From a virus: a DNA stretch of 64,000 nt. The first letter of the stretch is position 1. Each line of letters begins with the position of its first letter. Both the position numbers and the translations under genes were made by a program. This document shows, piece by piece, positions 10,586-18,801 of this stretch. Under the pieces are notes generated by a model. That model saw only the letters and a list, made by a program, of their open reading frames with translations. It was not told where the DNA came from and did not search any database. The stretch lies in IMG/VR virus record IMGVR_UViG_3300009130_000002. One strand, 5' to 3'.

Positions 10586-11103
10586 ACATTTTTATTCTTG
10601 ATAAAGATCCAAAAACATGCGCCCAATATCATTGTGACAAGCATGTTTTGAAACAAATTCCAGATATAGCAAAAATATTATGCACAGTAATGAGAGAAAG
10701 TGGAATTCCCTACGGTTATACTTCAAGTACCCCGAATCACCCATGTGTAAAATGGGCAGCTGAGGCTGATGGAAATTTCATGTGGTTAAGAGAACTAGGA
10801 ATAGAGCTATGCAAAGAATATTCTTACAGGTATTCTAAAGGAGCTAACGGTGGTCATGCTTCCGAGCATATAATTTTAGACTCTTATCCTAAAAACCTAG
10901 GAGACAGAAACCAAAGAGCTAAAGTAAGAGAACCCGTGGGAATGACACCCCCAGTTCAGTGTGTCCCAGATCATTTCAAATGTAATGATCCAGTAAAGGC
11001 ATATAGAGATTACTATCTCGGAGAGAAATCAGACATTCTTTCTTACACAAAAAGAAATGTTCCCGAATGGATTGAAAAGATGGGAATGGGTGAACACAAA
11101 TAA
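10582..11103 (+). CDS. Pyrimidine-dimer DNA glycosylase/DenV-related protein
   Basis: MNIFILD..P..CAQYHCDKH, NHPC.KW, D.V.AYR.YY motifs of the phage PDG-like family. Confidence 0.75.
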   Translation: MNIFILDKDPKTCAQYHCDKHVLKQIPDIAKILCTVMRESGIPYGYTSSTPNHPCVKWAAEADGNFMWLRELGIELCKEYSYRYSKGANGGHASEHIILDSYPKNLGDRNQRAKVREPVGMTPPVQCVPDHFKCNDPVKAYRDYYLGEKSDILSYTKRNVPEWIEKMGMGEHK

Positions 11104-11129
11104 TTCAAAGCCACCACAGGAGATTTAAA

Positions 11130-12131
11130 ATGAAAGAATACCTAATAATAGGAGTATTAACACTAGGTTTAGTTTTGTGTGGTGGCCTTGTAGTTAAAAT
11201 GAAATTAGATAAATTGCATGCAGAAGAAGTAAGCTCTGAATTAAATAAAAAATTAATGGAAGCAAATCTAGAAATAGGTAGGGCAGAAAGTGAATTTGGA
11301 GACGCCTCACAACATATCAAACACCTAGAGAAGCATCTCAAGAAAGAAATAAAGGAGAGGAATGCCCTCTTAACCAGATATGGAGAGCTTAAGGCAAGAT
11401 ATGATGTAGAAGTGTCTCGTAAAATAGAAACAAGAGTAGAAATAATCAATACAGTAAGTGTGGCAGAATGTCCGTCACTAGGCTTGCTTGAAGAAGGAAG
11501 ATTATATGTTGCAAAAGGTGAAGAATTGGGTGCATTGGATCCTTTCTCGATTAGATACAAAGACCATCGTATTATTATTGGTTGCTCAGTTACTCCAAGA
11601 GTTACTGATGCCGGAATTATCCCCGTGGATATCTCTTATAATTTAAAGCTAAAATTAAAAGCTAATATTATAGAGAGTATTACTCCAAGTGGAGCAATAA
11701 ATAACTATGTAAAGTTATATGAAGTAGATGACAATGGAATTGCAATTGGAGAATTTGAAGTTCAAGATTTCAAAATGATTATTGATGATCAAAGAACTCC
11801 AAGATTTTCTTGGTGGGATCCACATATGGATATAGGTGTCGGGCTAGGACTTAGAGGAAATAGTACAATTGGGAATTTAAACTGGGAAGGCTTAGCTTCC
11901 GTAGGTATCAGCGCAATGAGCTATGGCTTATCAAGCAAAGATCTTGCATGGAAATTCTTAAGATTGTCCCTAGATCTAGGACAAGAAGTATCAGTGGGCT
12001 TAACACCTGTATTGTATAATATAGGTAATGACATTCCACTGTTTACAAACTTATGGATCGGTCCTTTTGGACACTATGGTTTAGCAGATAATGAGTGGGG
12101 GTTTGGTTTGATATTAGGAGCTAATTTGTGA
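11130..12131 (+). CDS. Membrane-anchored coiled-coil protein with beta-rich C-terminus
   Basis: N-terminal TM, heptad region, Gly/aromatic alternating strands at the C-terminus. Confidence 0.5.
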   Translation: MKEYLIIGVLTLGLVLCGGLVVKMKLDKLHAEEVSSELNKKLMEANLEIGRAESEFGDASQHIKHLEKHLKKEIKERNALLTRYGELKARYDVEVSRKIETRVEIINTVSVAECPSLGLLEEGRLYVAKGEELGALDPFSIRYKDHRIIIGCSVTPRVTDAGIIPVDISYNLKLKLKANIIESITPSGAINNYVKLYEVDDNGIAIGEFEVQDFKMIIDDQRTPRFSWWDPHMDIGVGLGLRGNSTIGNLNWEGLASVGISAMSYGLSSKDLAWKFLRLSLDLGQEVSVGLTPVLYNIGNDIPLFTNLWIGPFGHYGLADNEWGFGLILGANL

Positions 12132-12616
12132 CAATACTTGAATGGATTTTTATTACGAGTTTCTCCCTGAGTACTTTTATTTATATAATTTATAAGTATA
12201 AACAAAGAATAGAAGACTCTGTACGGGAGAAATTGAAAGATGAAATTAATACGCAAGCCAATAACGTTATTAATTATAACATGCGTGAGCTTGAAAAAAT
12301 TGTTTCGGAAGTTCCTGAAAAAGTCCTAAAGAGTATTACCTCTTCTTCTAATGTTAAGAAGGGGGCTCTTGGAGAACTCATAGGCTACGTAGAATTAAAA
12401 GCTAACTATGACAGGATTATTCCGCTTGGTAATATTGTAGATTTTATTGGAATTAAATTCGATAAAGAAACCGAGGAAGGTTATATCGATTTTATAGATG
12501 TGAAGACAGGTAAATCAGCGAGACTATCTAAGGATCAGAAAGCCCTACAACAGCTGGTAACAGATAAGAAAATCAACTTTGTGAAAGTGAAGGTTGAAAG
12601 TGAAAATCGACCTTAA
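12128..12616 (+). CDS. Holliday junction resolvase-like endonuclease (archaeal Hjc-related family)
   Basis: KG.LGE...PLGNIVDFIG...FIDVKTG...LSKDQ; N-terminal TM as in this family. Confidence 0.75.
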   Translation: MTILEWIFITSFSLSTFIYIIYKYKQRIEDSVREKLKDEINTQANNVINYNMRELEKIVSEVPEKVLKSITSSSNVKKGALGELIGYVELKANYDRIIPLGNIVDFIGIKFDKETEEGYIDFIDVKTGKSARLSKDQKALQQLVTDKKINFVKVKVESENRP

Positions 12617-13313
12617 ACAATTAAAAACTTTTTCCAGGTGTCCTTTAGCTTTTTGTTTAGATCAAAAAAACAAAGAGGACTTAACTACAGAACAAGAAAG
12701 AATAGTTTCTAACGTAATCTCTAAAGGAATATTACAAGTTATGGAAACTTCTTATCGTGCTGACTGGAGAAAGATTGTTAGTTGGGTTGATAGAGAGGTA
12801 TTTAAAAATTGTAATATATATTGTTCAGAACAATACAGTGCTGCAAAGAAAACCTCTGAGTATATTCTAATGGCAATAGGGGCTTGGTATGATCAGATTT
12901 ACTTGCAATGGTCAACAGAAGCCTTTACAAATGTTCCACTAGGCGTGGAAACTTCAGGTATTTTTGTTGAAGGTAAAGCTGCGGTGATAAATTTAAGAAA
13001 CCCTATAGTATGTACTCAAATAAATACAAATGTCTATGCTACAAAAAAAGAACACTTCAATGATATAGAAACTAGAGGTTTAGCATGGCTAGTAAGTGAA
13101 CATTTGAAGTGTGAAGAGGTAACAATGCAGTGCTTATCTCTTGGAAAAAGAGGCAAGTTAGATATCAATATAGTAAAATATGATAGAAGTTCTTTAAATA
13201 AGACAAGCAGATATATAGACAATATGTGCAGGATCATAAAGAGAAAGCTATACTATCCCTCAATCACAGAGAATTGTACTAGCTGTAAGTTTTATGAAAA
13301 ATGTAATCCATAA
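12594..13313 (+). CDS. PD-(D/E)XK-like (Cas4-like) protein, probably degenerate
   Basis: N-terminal F.RCP and C-terminal CTSCKFYEKC; no clear D..E.K catalytic motif. Confidence 0.5.
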   Translation: MKVKIDLKQLKTFSRCPLAFCLDQKNKEDLTTEQERIVSNVISKGILQVMETSYRADWRKIVSWVDREVFKNCNIYCSEQYSAAKKTSEYILMAIGAWYDQIYLQWSTEAFTNVPLGVETSGIFVEGKAAVINLRNPIVCTQINTNVYATKKEHFNDIETRGLAWLVSEHLKCEEVTMQCLSLGKRGKLDINIVKYDRSSLNKTSRYIDNMCRIIKRKLYYPSITENCTSCKFYEKCNP

Positions 13314-13322
13314 GGAACTACA

Positions 13323-13505
13323 ATGTTGAAAATTAAAGATAAGAACGGCAAAGTTATCGGTACTTTAAAAGATGAAGATACTGAGCCAACGATTGAATGT
13401 ATTAAATGTGAAGGAACTGGATGGAATTTCAAGGACGGAGGTCCACCTTTTCCTGAATGCAATTGCAGAAAAAGAAAGGAAGAAGACAATGCAAACATAT
13501 ACTGA
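13323..13505 (+). CDS. Small Zn-finger protein
   Basis: CIKCEGTG...CNC. Confidence 0.6.
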   Translation: MLKIKDKNGKVIGTLKDEDTEPTIECIKCEGTGWNFKDGGPPFPECNCRKRKEEDNANIY

Positions 13506-13827
13506 TTTTGAAAGAATGAATAATGCGACAATGAGAGCGCAAGAGGCCAAGAAAAAAGAATGCGTAGCTTGTCCAAAGTGTAGCTCACAATGGTTTCAGC
13601 AATTTAGAGTGGGGCGTTTTGTTTCTGATCACAATGTGATTTTAGGACAAGAAGTCCCAGGAGTTGCTGGAGAGATGAGCTATGTAGTGTTAAAATGTAT
13701 ACGTTGTGAAGAGCTATTAGAGCCGCGTATTTTACATTCAACAAGGGATCTAGGAGGAGATGCTTATGATCAATTGTTGGATACACTGGAGGGAGAAGGA
13801 GACATAAGATCGAAACCTGAAGAATAA
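13489..13827 (+). CDS. Zn-ribbon protein
   Basis: CPKC...CIRC; start moved to MQTY after GAAAGGA. Confidence 0.65.
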   Translation: MQTYTDFERMNNATMRAQEAKKKECVACPKCSSQWFQQFRVGRFVSDHNVILGQEVPGVAGEMSYVVLKCIRCEELLEPRILHSTRDLGGDAYDQLLDTLEGEGDIRSKPEE

Positions 13828-13830
13828 AAT

Positions 13831-14148
13831 ATGCGATTCTATATTAAAAATAAAAATATCTTTCCTATGCCTGGAAATCAACACCTAATCCATTTAGCAA
13901 CAATTGGATATGGCTTAAGAGAATTCGTTGTGATGGTTGGAGTAAGGGGAGAGATTAAAGGAAAAGCATATATTGAAGAAGCTGTTTTAAATACAGTAAA
14001 TTACAAAGAAGATGTATTTGCAAATTTAAAATTTATTGATGATGATAATCTTGCAAATGATCTAGCTCAATGGGTTATGGACAAAAACCTATTAGATATG
14101 AAAGAGAGGGGACATGAAGCCTTTGAGCAAGGAATAAGACTATGGTAG
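13831..14148 (+). CDS. Hypothetical protein
   Basis: Co-oriented, tightly packed ORF. Confidence 0.65.
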   Translation: MRFYIKNKNIFPMPGNQHLIHLATIGYGLREFVVMVGVRGEIKGKAYIEEAVLNTVNYKEDVFANLKFIDDDNLANDLAQWVMDKNLLDMKERGHEAFEQGIRLW

Positions 14149-14372
14149 ATAATCAATGGAAGAGTCGTTTTGAAGAAGTTGTTCATGAAAAAAACGACCT
14201 AGAATCTCCTGACTTGCTCAGGAAACGAGAATTAACTTTAATTGTTCTAAAGCATCTTGAGGAAGGTCTAGAAGAACATGAGTATCCAGATTGGGATTCA
14301 AATGATTTTGAGGTGAGCAAGGATGTTGTTACTGCAATATTTGAAGACCCTGAATACTATAAATTTTACTGA
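14142..14372 (+). CDS. Hypothetical acidic protein
   Basis: Co-oriented ORF with SD. Confidence 0.6.
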   Translation: MVDNQWKSRFEEVVHEKNDLESPDLLRKRELTLIVLKHLEEGLEEHEYPDWDSNDFEVSKDVVTAIFEDPEYYKFY

Positions 14373-14379
14373 GGATTAA

Positions 14380-15066
14380 ATGTCAAAGAGATGGACAGAA
14401 GAAGAGAAAGAAATATTAACAAAACTATTAGAGAGACAAGATACTTACACTTATCAAGAACTAGCAGAGGTTTTGTCTCGACCAGTTAGTGGTGTCAGAG
14501 CTATCTGCGCACAATTAAACCTGCAATCCAGCGTAAAGAGAATTAATTCCAGAGGAGAAGAGATACTTTTTACGCTGTTGCGGGAGATTTATCCTTCATT
14601 ATCACTACAAAAACAATACCCTGTAGGAGATAAGCTTCATCTTGATCTCTACATCCCTGATTTAAATTTAGGCTTCGAGTATGATGGGGTACAACATACA
14701 GAAGAGAACTCCTTTTTCCATAAAAATAAAGATGCCTTTTTACGAGGCAAGATATTAGATGAAAAGAAAGAAGATCTCTGTGCTTCTCAAGGAATCCATT
14801 TAATTAGAATAAGTTACGAGGAAAAGCTGACTAAAGATCTGGTGGAATCTAAAATAGAAGCTATTGGTCCTGGTCCTGGAGCTGGGAATTACTCTAGAGA
14901 ATTAAGTGCCAAAGAGAAAAAACAAGTGTATAATAAAAAGTGTTATGAGATGGCAAAAACTAATAGAGATAATTCTGAATATCATAAAGAACTTAAGGAG
15001 CGCCAAAGAAATTACAGGAGGGAAAGATACCTCTACCTCAAGAGTATCAAAAAACAAAATGAATAA
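14380..15066 (+). CDS. HTH + Vsr/DUF559-like endonuclease
   Basis: WTEEE..IL Myb-like start; QYPV...LDLYIPDLNLGFEYDG.QH...D..K...C...GI.LIRI. Confidence 0.75.
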   Translation: MSKRWTEEEKEILTKLLERQDTYTYQELAEVLSRPVSGVRAICAQLNLQSSVKRINSRGEEILFTLLREIYPSLSLQKQYPVGDKLHLDLYIPDLNLGFEYDGVQHTEENSFFHKNKDAFLRGKILDEKKEDLCASQGIHLIRISYEEKLTKDLVESKIEAIGPGPGAGNYSRELSAKEKKQVYNKKCYEMAKTNRDNSEYHKELKERQRNYRRERYLYLKSIKKQNE

Positions 15067-15745
15067 ATATCAAGAAGCTTTAGACTTAATACATATGACA
15101 GATGAGATAGATTTAAGTGAAGAACTTCCTAGACATCCCACAAAAACTTATAAACAAAGAGACCTTTCAAAAATCAAAAGGATAGTTGTCCATACAACTG
15201 ATTGGACAACCACTCCCCAACGAATTGCAGAGTATGATATAGAACCAAATCATATCTCAGATACAGGTTGCGCTGCCATTACCTATCACGATATGATAGG
15301 AACTGACGGTGAAAGATATCACACACTCCCTTATGAAGAAGTCTCTTGGCATGCTGGCATGTGGAACGGAGGTTCCCTTGCTGTGGCCCTTATTTATCGC
15401 TGTAGCAACAAGAAGGGGCAAGATGTCTATGGCCCTAAGCGTAAACTTTTACACTCATTAGAAGTCCATTGTGGACAAATTTGTTTGAAGTTGGGCTTAA
15501 CTCCTGATAAGGTCGTTGGGCATAGAGAATTAAAAGGTACTGGCTGGACAATGTTTAAAGGCAGTAAGCGTTTAAGAAAGACATGTCCAGGACTTAAAGT
15601 TGACTTAGACAGATTGAGAGGAAACATTGCTAGATTTATGCAAATTGTACTTGGAGCTAATGGTTTTTATACAGGTAAAGTCGATGGATTGTTTGGCCCA
15701 CAATCTAAAAAAGCCCTTCAACGTTATCTCTCGCAGGAGTTCTGA
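15059..15745 (+). CDS. N-acetylmuramoyl-L-alanine amidase (endolysin) with C-terminal peptidoglycan-binding motif
   Basis: IVVHT, YH..I, SWHAG, VVGHREL, CPG; VDGLFGPQS..AL..Y; start moved to MNKY. Confidence 0.85.
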   Translation: MNKYQEALDLIHMTDEIDLSEELPRHPTKTYKQRDLSKIKRIVVHTTDWTTTPQRIAEYDIEPNHISDTGCAAITYHDMIGTDGERYHTLPYEEVSWHAGMWNGGSLAVALIYRCSNKKGQDVYGPKRKLLHSLEVHCGQICLKLGLTPDKVVGHRELKGTGWTMFKGSKRLRKTCPGLKVDLDRLRGNIARFMQIVLGANGFYTGKVDGLFGPQSKKALQRYLSQEF

Positions 15746-16317
15746 TGTTTAGAGGCAAGGTCAAATGGAGTCCAGTTGAGATAGATTATCTTAAGAAGAA
15801 TAGAAGTGAGATGTCTATTAATCAACTGACTATAGCATTGGCTAAGTCTAGAAATGCTATTAATAAAAAATTAGATGAAATAGATGGTAAAATTACTACC
15901 ATTAAAAGAAATAAAAAATCTTACATTGGTAAGAGAAAAGACTTAGACGGGCAGTTCATGCGTTCCAGATGGGAAGCAAACGTAGCTCGTTGGTTAAACT
16001 ATAAAAACAGGAGATGGGAATATGAACCCGAAGTTTTCTTTTTTGATGGCATTAAGCATGGAACTGTTTCTTACTTGCCTGATTTCAAGGTTGGAACCTT
16101 ATGGCTTGAAGTTAAGGGACAGCTTGATCCAAAGGGTAAGACTGCTGTACGCAGATTTAAGAAGTTTTATCCTAAGGAATTTAAGAAACTACGGGCAGTC
16201 GTTGGTCGGCGCGGAACTAAAGCGGATCAATTCTTTATAGATATAGGTGTACCTATTATGGCATACTACAATGAACTCGATAAAAAATATAAAGACACTA
16301 TCCCTAATTGGGAATAA
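15745..16317 (+). CDS. HTH + PD-(D/E)XK endonuclease
   Basis: FMRSRWEA..A..L...WEYEP...YLPDF...LEVKG. Confidence 0.75.
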   Translation: MFRGKVKWSPVEIDYLKKNRSEMSINQLTIALAKSRNAINKKLDEIDGKITTIKRNKKSYIGKRKDLDGQFMRSRWEANVARWLNYKNRRWEYEPEVFFFDGIKHGTVSYLPDFKVGTLWLEVKGQLDPKGKTAVRRFKKFYPKEFKKLRAVVGRRGTKADQFFIDIGVPIMAYYNELDKKYKDTIPNWE

Positions 16318-16907
16318 TGAATGTTTTAGAAAATTTTAAAGATCTCTTTGAAGATCTAGTCAATATTACTTATGATACCTACTGGGATCAAGAGCTGTAT
16401 CCAAAAGCTAAGTGCCTAGTTGCCCTCCAAGAAAATCTTCACGAACTATTTAAAACCAGAAAACGCAGCCTTGTTCTAACAAGGGAAGAGATTGAGCAGC
16501 AACTATCCTTGTTGTGGCTTGGTTATGAAGATCAATATTATTCTAATAAGTCAAAGCCAACCTCAAGTATACGTGGCTATCTTACCTATAGATCTATCTG
16601 GGGTATCAGGGATTGGTTAAAATACGAATTAAATATCATAAGAGAATGTCAATTTGTATATCCTGAAGAAGAGCTAGAATATGACTTTAAAATAGATTTG
16701 AATTTTCTAATCAAGGGTGTTAATTATAATTTGTTAGCAGATCTCTCTCCTTATGAGAGATACTTAATTTTCTTAAGATTTAATGAAGATAAGAATTTAA
16801 AAGAAATTGCTCGCATCGTACAAAAAGATTCCCGAATGATTAAAAAACATTTAGGTTCAATACTAACAAAGCTAAAGGATAGTAGTCATAATGGATTACA
16901 AAATTAA
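16308..16907 (+). CDS. Sigma-factor-like protein (sigma70 region-4 HTH)
   Basis: LSPYERYLIFLRF.EDKNLKEIARIV...I.K.L. Confidence 0.6.
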   Translation: MGIMNVLENFKDLFEDLVNITYDTYWDQELYPKAKCLVALQENLHELFKTRKRSLVLTREEIEQQLSLLWLGYEDQYYSNKSKPTSSIRGYLTYRSIWGIRDWLKYELNIIRECQFVYPEEELEYDFKIDLNFLIKGVNYNLLADLSPYERYLIFLRFNEDKNLKEIARIVQKDSRMIKKHLGSILTKLKDSSHNGLQN

Positions 16908-17118
16908 AAAAACTCAAGAAGATTTAATGAAAGATAGTTTATCTTATCCTCCAGAACAAACCACTGTTAAAGTGGCTGTTCCGGGGATAAAAAATTTACA
17001 TATGAAATCAGTAGAAGAGATTGCGGATACATTATCTAATGTAATTAGATCTCAAAATAATGTTACTGAAATTCGTTATGTTTTAGGTGAATATATAGAA
17101 CTTACTGTGGGCTCTTAG
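16891..17118 (+). CDS. Hypothetical protein, last + strand gene
   Basis: Overlaps the upstream gene; converges on the - strand block. Confidence 0.6.
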   Translation: MDYKIKKTQEDLMKDSLSYPPEQTTVKVAVPGIKNLHMKSVEEIADTLSNVIRSQNNVTEIRYVLGEYIELTVGS

Positions 17119-17557
17119 CCTGCATATCCTGCATTAAGGAAGGGATAAGCTTGTTCCAAGTTTGTTCTAGCTCCTCATCGGTTACTACAGCATTTGCTTT
17201 CAGTGTTTCAATGAGTGTTTGTAGATGTGCTTGCGTGGTCCACTGACCAGCAATAGATGACTCCATACTCTTGATGACACCAACGGTATCATGCTGAAGC
17301 ATGTCAATAAACTCATCCATATTCTTTAAAGTTTTCTGGATAGAGTTCATCATATTACACATCTCAGGATAGCCTGAATCTGCATCATATGTTTCGATTG
17401 CTTTATCAAGCATAGATAATCCACCCTTGATTCCTCGCTTAATCATCTCAACATTAATGCCGTCTTTGCCTTCAGGCATTGGCTCTTCATTAAATGAATC
17501 CACAATCGAATCCATTTGTTCTTTTTCTTTATTTGGTAAATCAATTACATTAGACAT
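17102..17557 (-). CDS. Hypothetical protein
   Basis: ORF with GAGGA SD. Confidence 0.65.
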   Translation of the reverse strand: MSNVIDLPNKEKEQMDSIVDSFNEEPMPEGKDGINVEMIKRGIKGGLSMLDKAIETYDADSGYPEMCNMMNSIQKTLKNMDEFIDMLQHDTVGVIKSMESSIAGQWTTQAHLQTLIETLKANAVVTDEELEQTWNKLIPSLMQDMQAKSPQ

Positions 17558-17820
17558 TAATTGTCCTCTTTCTTTGTTGTCTGTTCTTCAAGGAGAACAA
17601 GGTACTCTTCCCATGATGAAACCCCCTCTTTATAGAGTTGAATTCCATCCATATGAGAATTTAAATCCAAATCAATAGACATGGCTTCTTTGTCTTCTGG
17701 TGTGTGTCCAGAGAACCCACACTTCCAACACTCAGGCCAAGCCCAGTTGGTTGATTCATTTATCATAACGACTATAAAATTACCATCACAAATCGGACAT
17801 TTACGAGATACCTTGCTCAT
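17557..17820 (-). CDS. Zn-ribbon protein
   Basis: CPIC...CWKC. Confidence 0.65.
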   Translation of the reverse strand: MSKVSRKCPICDGNFIVVMINESTNWAWPECWKCGFSGHTPEDKEAMSIDLDLNSHMDGIQLYKEGVSSWEEYLVLLEEQTTKKEDN

Positions 17821-17840
17821 ATTACACCTTGAACTTTAAA

Positions 17841-18347
17841 TTATTTTTTTGCTAAACTAGAAATATGCTTTCCAATTAAACTCCATAAACCACCTGCTGA
17901 TGTAGAGATGGCTAAGGCATCTGCTAAAATTCTTTCCCATGGCCAACCAGAAGTCATTCCAACTGCTGCTGAGCCCAAGACTGCAATTCCTGCTGTAATC
18001 CAGGGGACTGCATCAGGAGGGAAAGATGACCAGAAGCTTCTGAGCGTCCAGATAAGAATCATAAGCAACAAGCCCATGACTAACTGGATTTTTCCTGCTT
18101 GAATTGCTTCTAGCATTTGCACACCTAGTACTACTACCTCATTCATATCATTTCCTTCTGGAATTTCTACTACTAAAGGCTCATTAATAATTGGTAAATT
18201 TGTTTGCTTAGTTTCTGAATCAGAAATTTCAACAGTAGGTGCTTCTACTTGTGATTGCCAGTCTTCGCTACTGGGAACCTCAGCAATAGCAAATGCTGCT
18301 GCAGAAATACCTGCTGTAAATAAGCAAATAGTTAATAAATTTTTCAT
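17841..18347 (-). CDS. Membrane protein (signal peptide + about 3 TM helices), holin-like topology
   Basis: Hydrophobic segments; C-terminal GGLWSLIGK. Confidence 0.5.
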   Translation of the reverse strand: MKNLLTICLFTAGISAAAFAIAEVPSSEDWQSQVEAPTVEISDSETKQTNLPIINEPLVVEIPEGNDMNEVVVLGVQMLEAIQAGKIQLVMGLLLMILIWTLRSFWSSFPPDAVPWITAGIAVLGSAAVGMTSGWPWERILADALAISTSAGGLWSLIGKHISSLAKK

Positions 18348-18348
18348 T

Positions 18349-18801
18349 TTAACTCCTAACCTTGGGCTTCTTAGTTTTTCCTTTGGGAATAAAGCCTGGT
18401 TTTTTATAGTTTCCTTTGTGAGGAATCACGAATCTGACTCCTCCCGTGGGATCTTCTATATCTTTTTCATATCGTGGAATGATATGTATATGAAGATGGT
18501 CTATAGTCTGTCCAGCAGCTTTACCCAAGTTCATTCCAATATTATATCCATCAGGATTGTGAAGCTTATCCAGTATAGTCTTTATCGAATGCAAGGCAAG
18601 GAAGGTAGAGATGAATGTTCTTAATGGTAGGTCAAAGAGAGAAGCCATGTGCTCCTTAGGAATAAGCAACACATGGCCTTTATTTACAGGATATTTATCA
18701 TAAATGGCAAAGAAATATTTATCTTCCCAGAGAATTTTTCTATCAGGTTTACAAAATATGCAATCAGATCGTGCACTTATCTGAGTCGCAGTATTTGCCA
18801 C
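18349..18801 (-). CDS. HIT family hydrolase
   Basis: DCIFC, DKYPVNKGHVLLIPK.H, AAGQTIDHLHIHIIPR; start codon uncertain (in-frame GTG at 18801 used). Confidence 0.88.
   Translation of the reverse strand: MANTATQISARSDCIFCKPDRKILWEDKYFFAIYDKYPVNKGHVLLIPKEHMASLFDLPLRTFISTFLALHSIKTILDKLHNPDGYNIGMNLGKAAGQTIDHLHIHIIPRYEKDIEDPTGGVRFVIPHKGNYKKPGFIPKGKTKKPKVRS

Noticed and set aside
11130-11200. Lipoprotein signal in 11130-12131 (LVLC)
   Set aside because: The residue before Cys is Leu, not Gly/Ala/Ser, so it is not a valid lipobox.
6987-13313. CRISPR-Cas locus suggested by Cas4-like genes
   Set aside because: No array and no cas1/cas2 or effector genes seen; stand-alone Cas4-like nucleases are common in phages.
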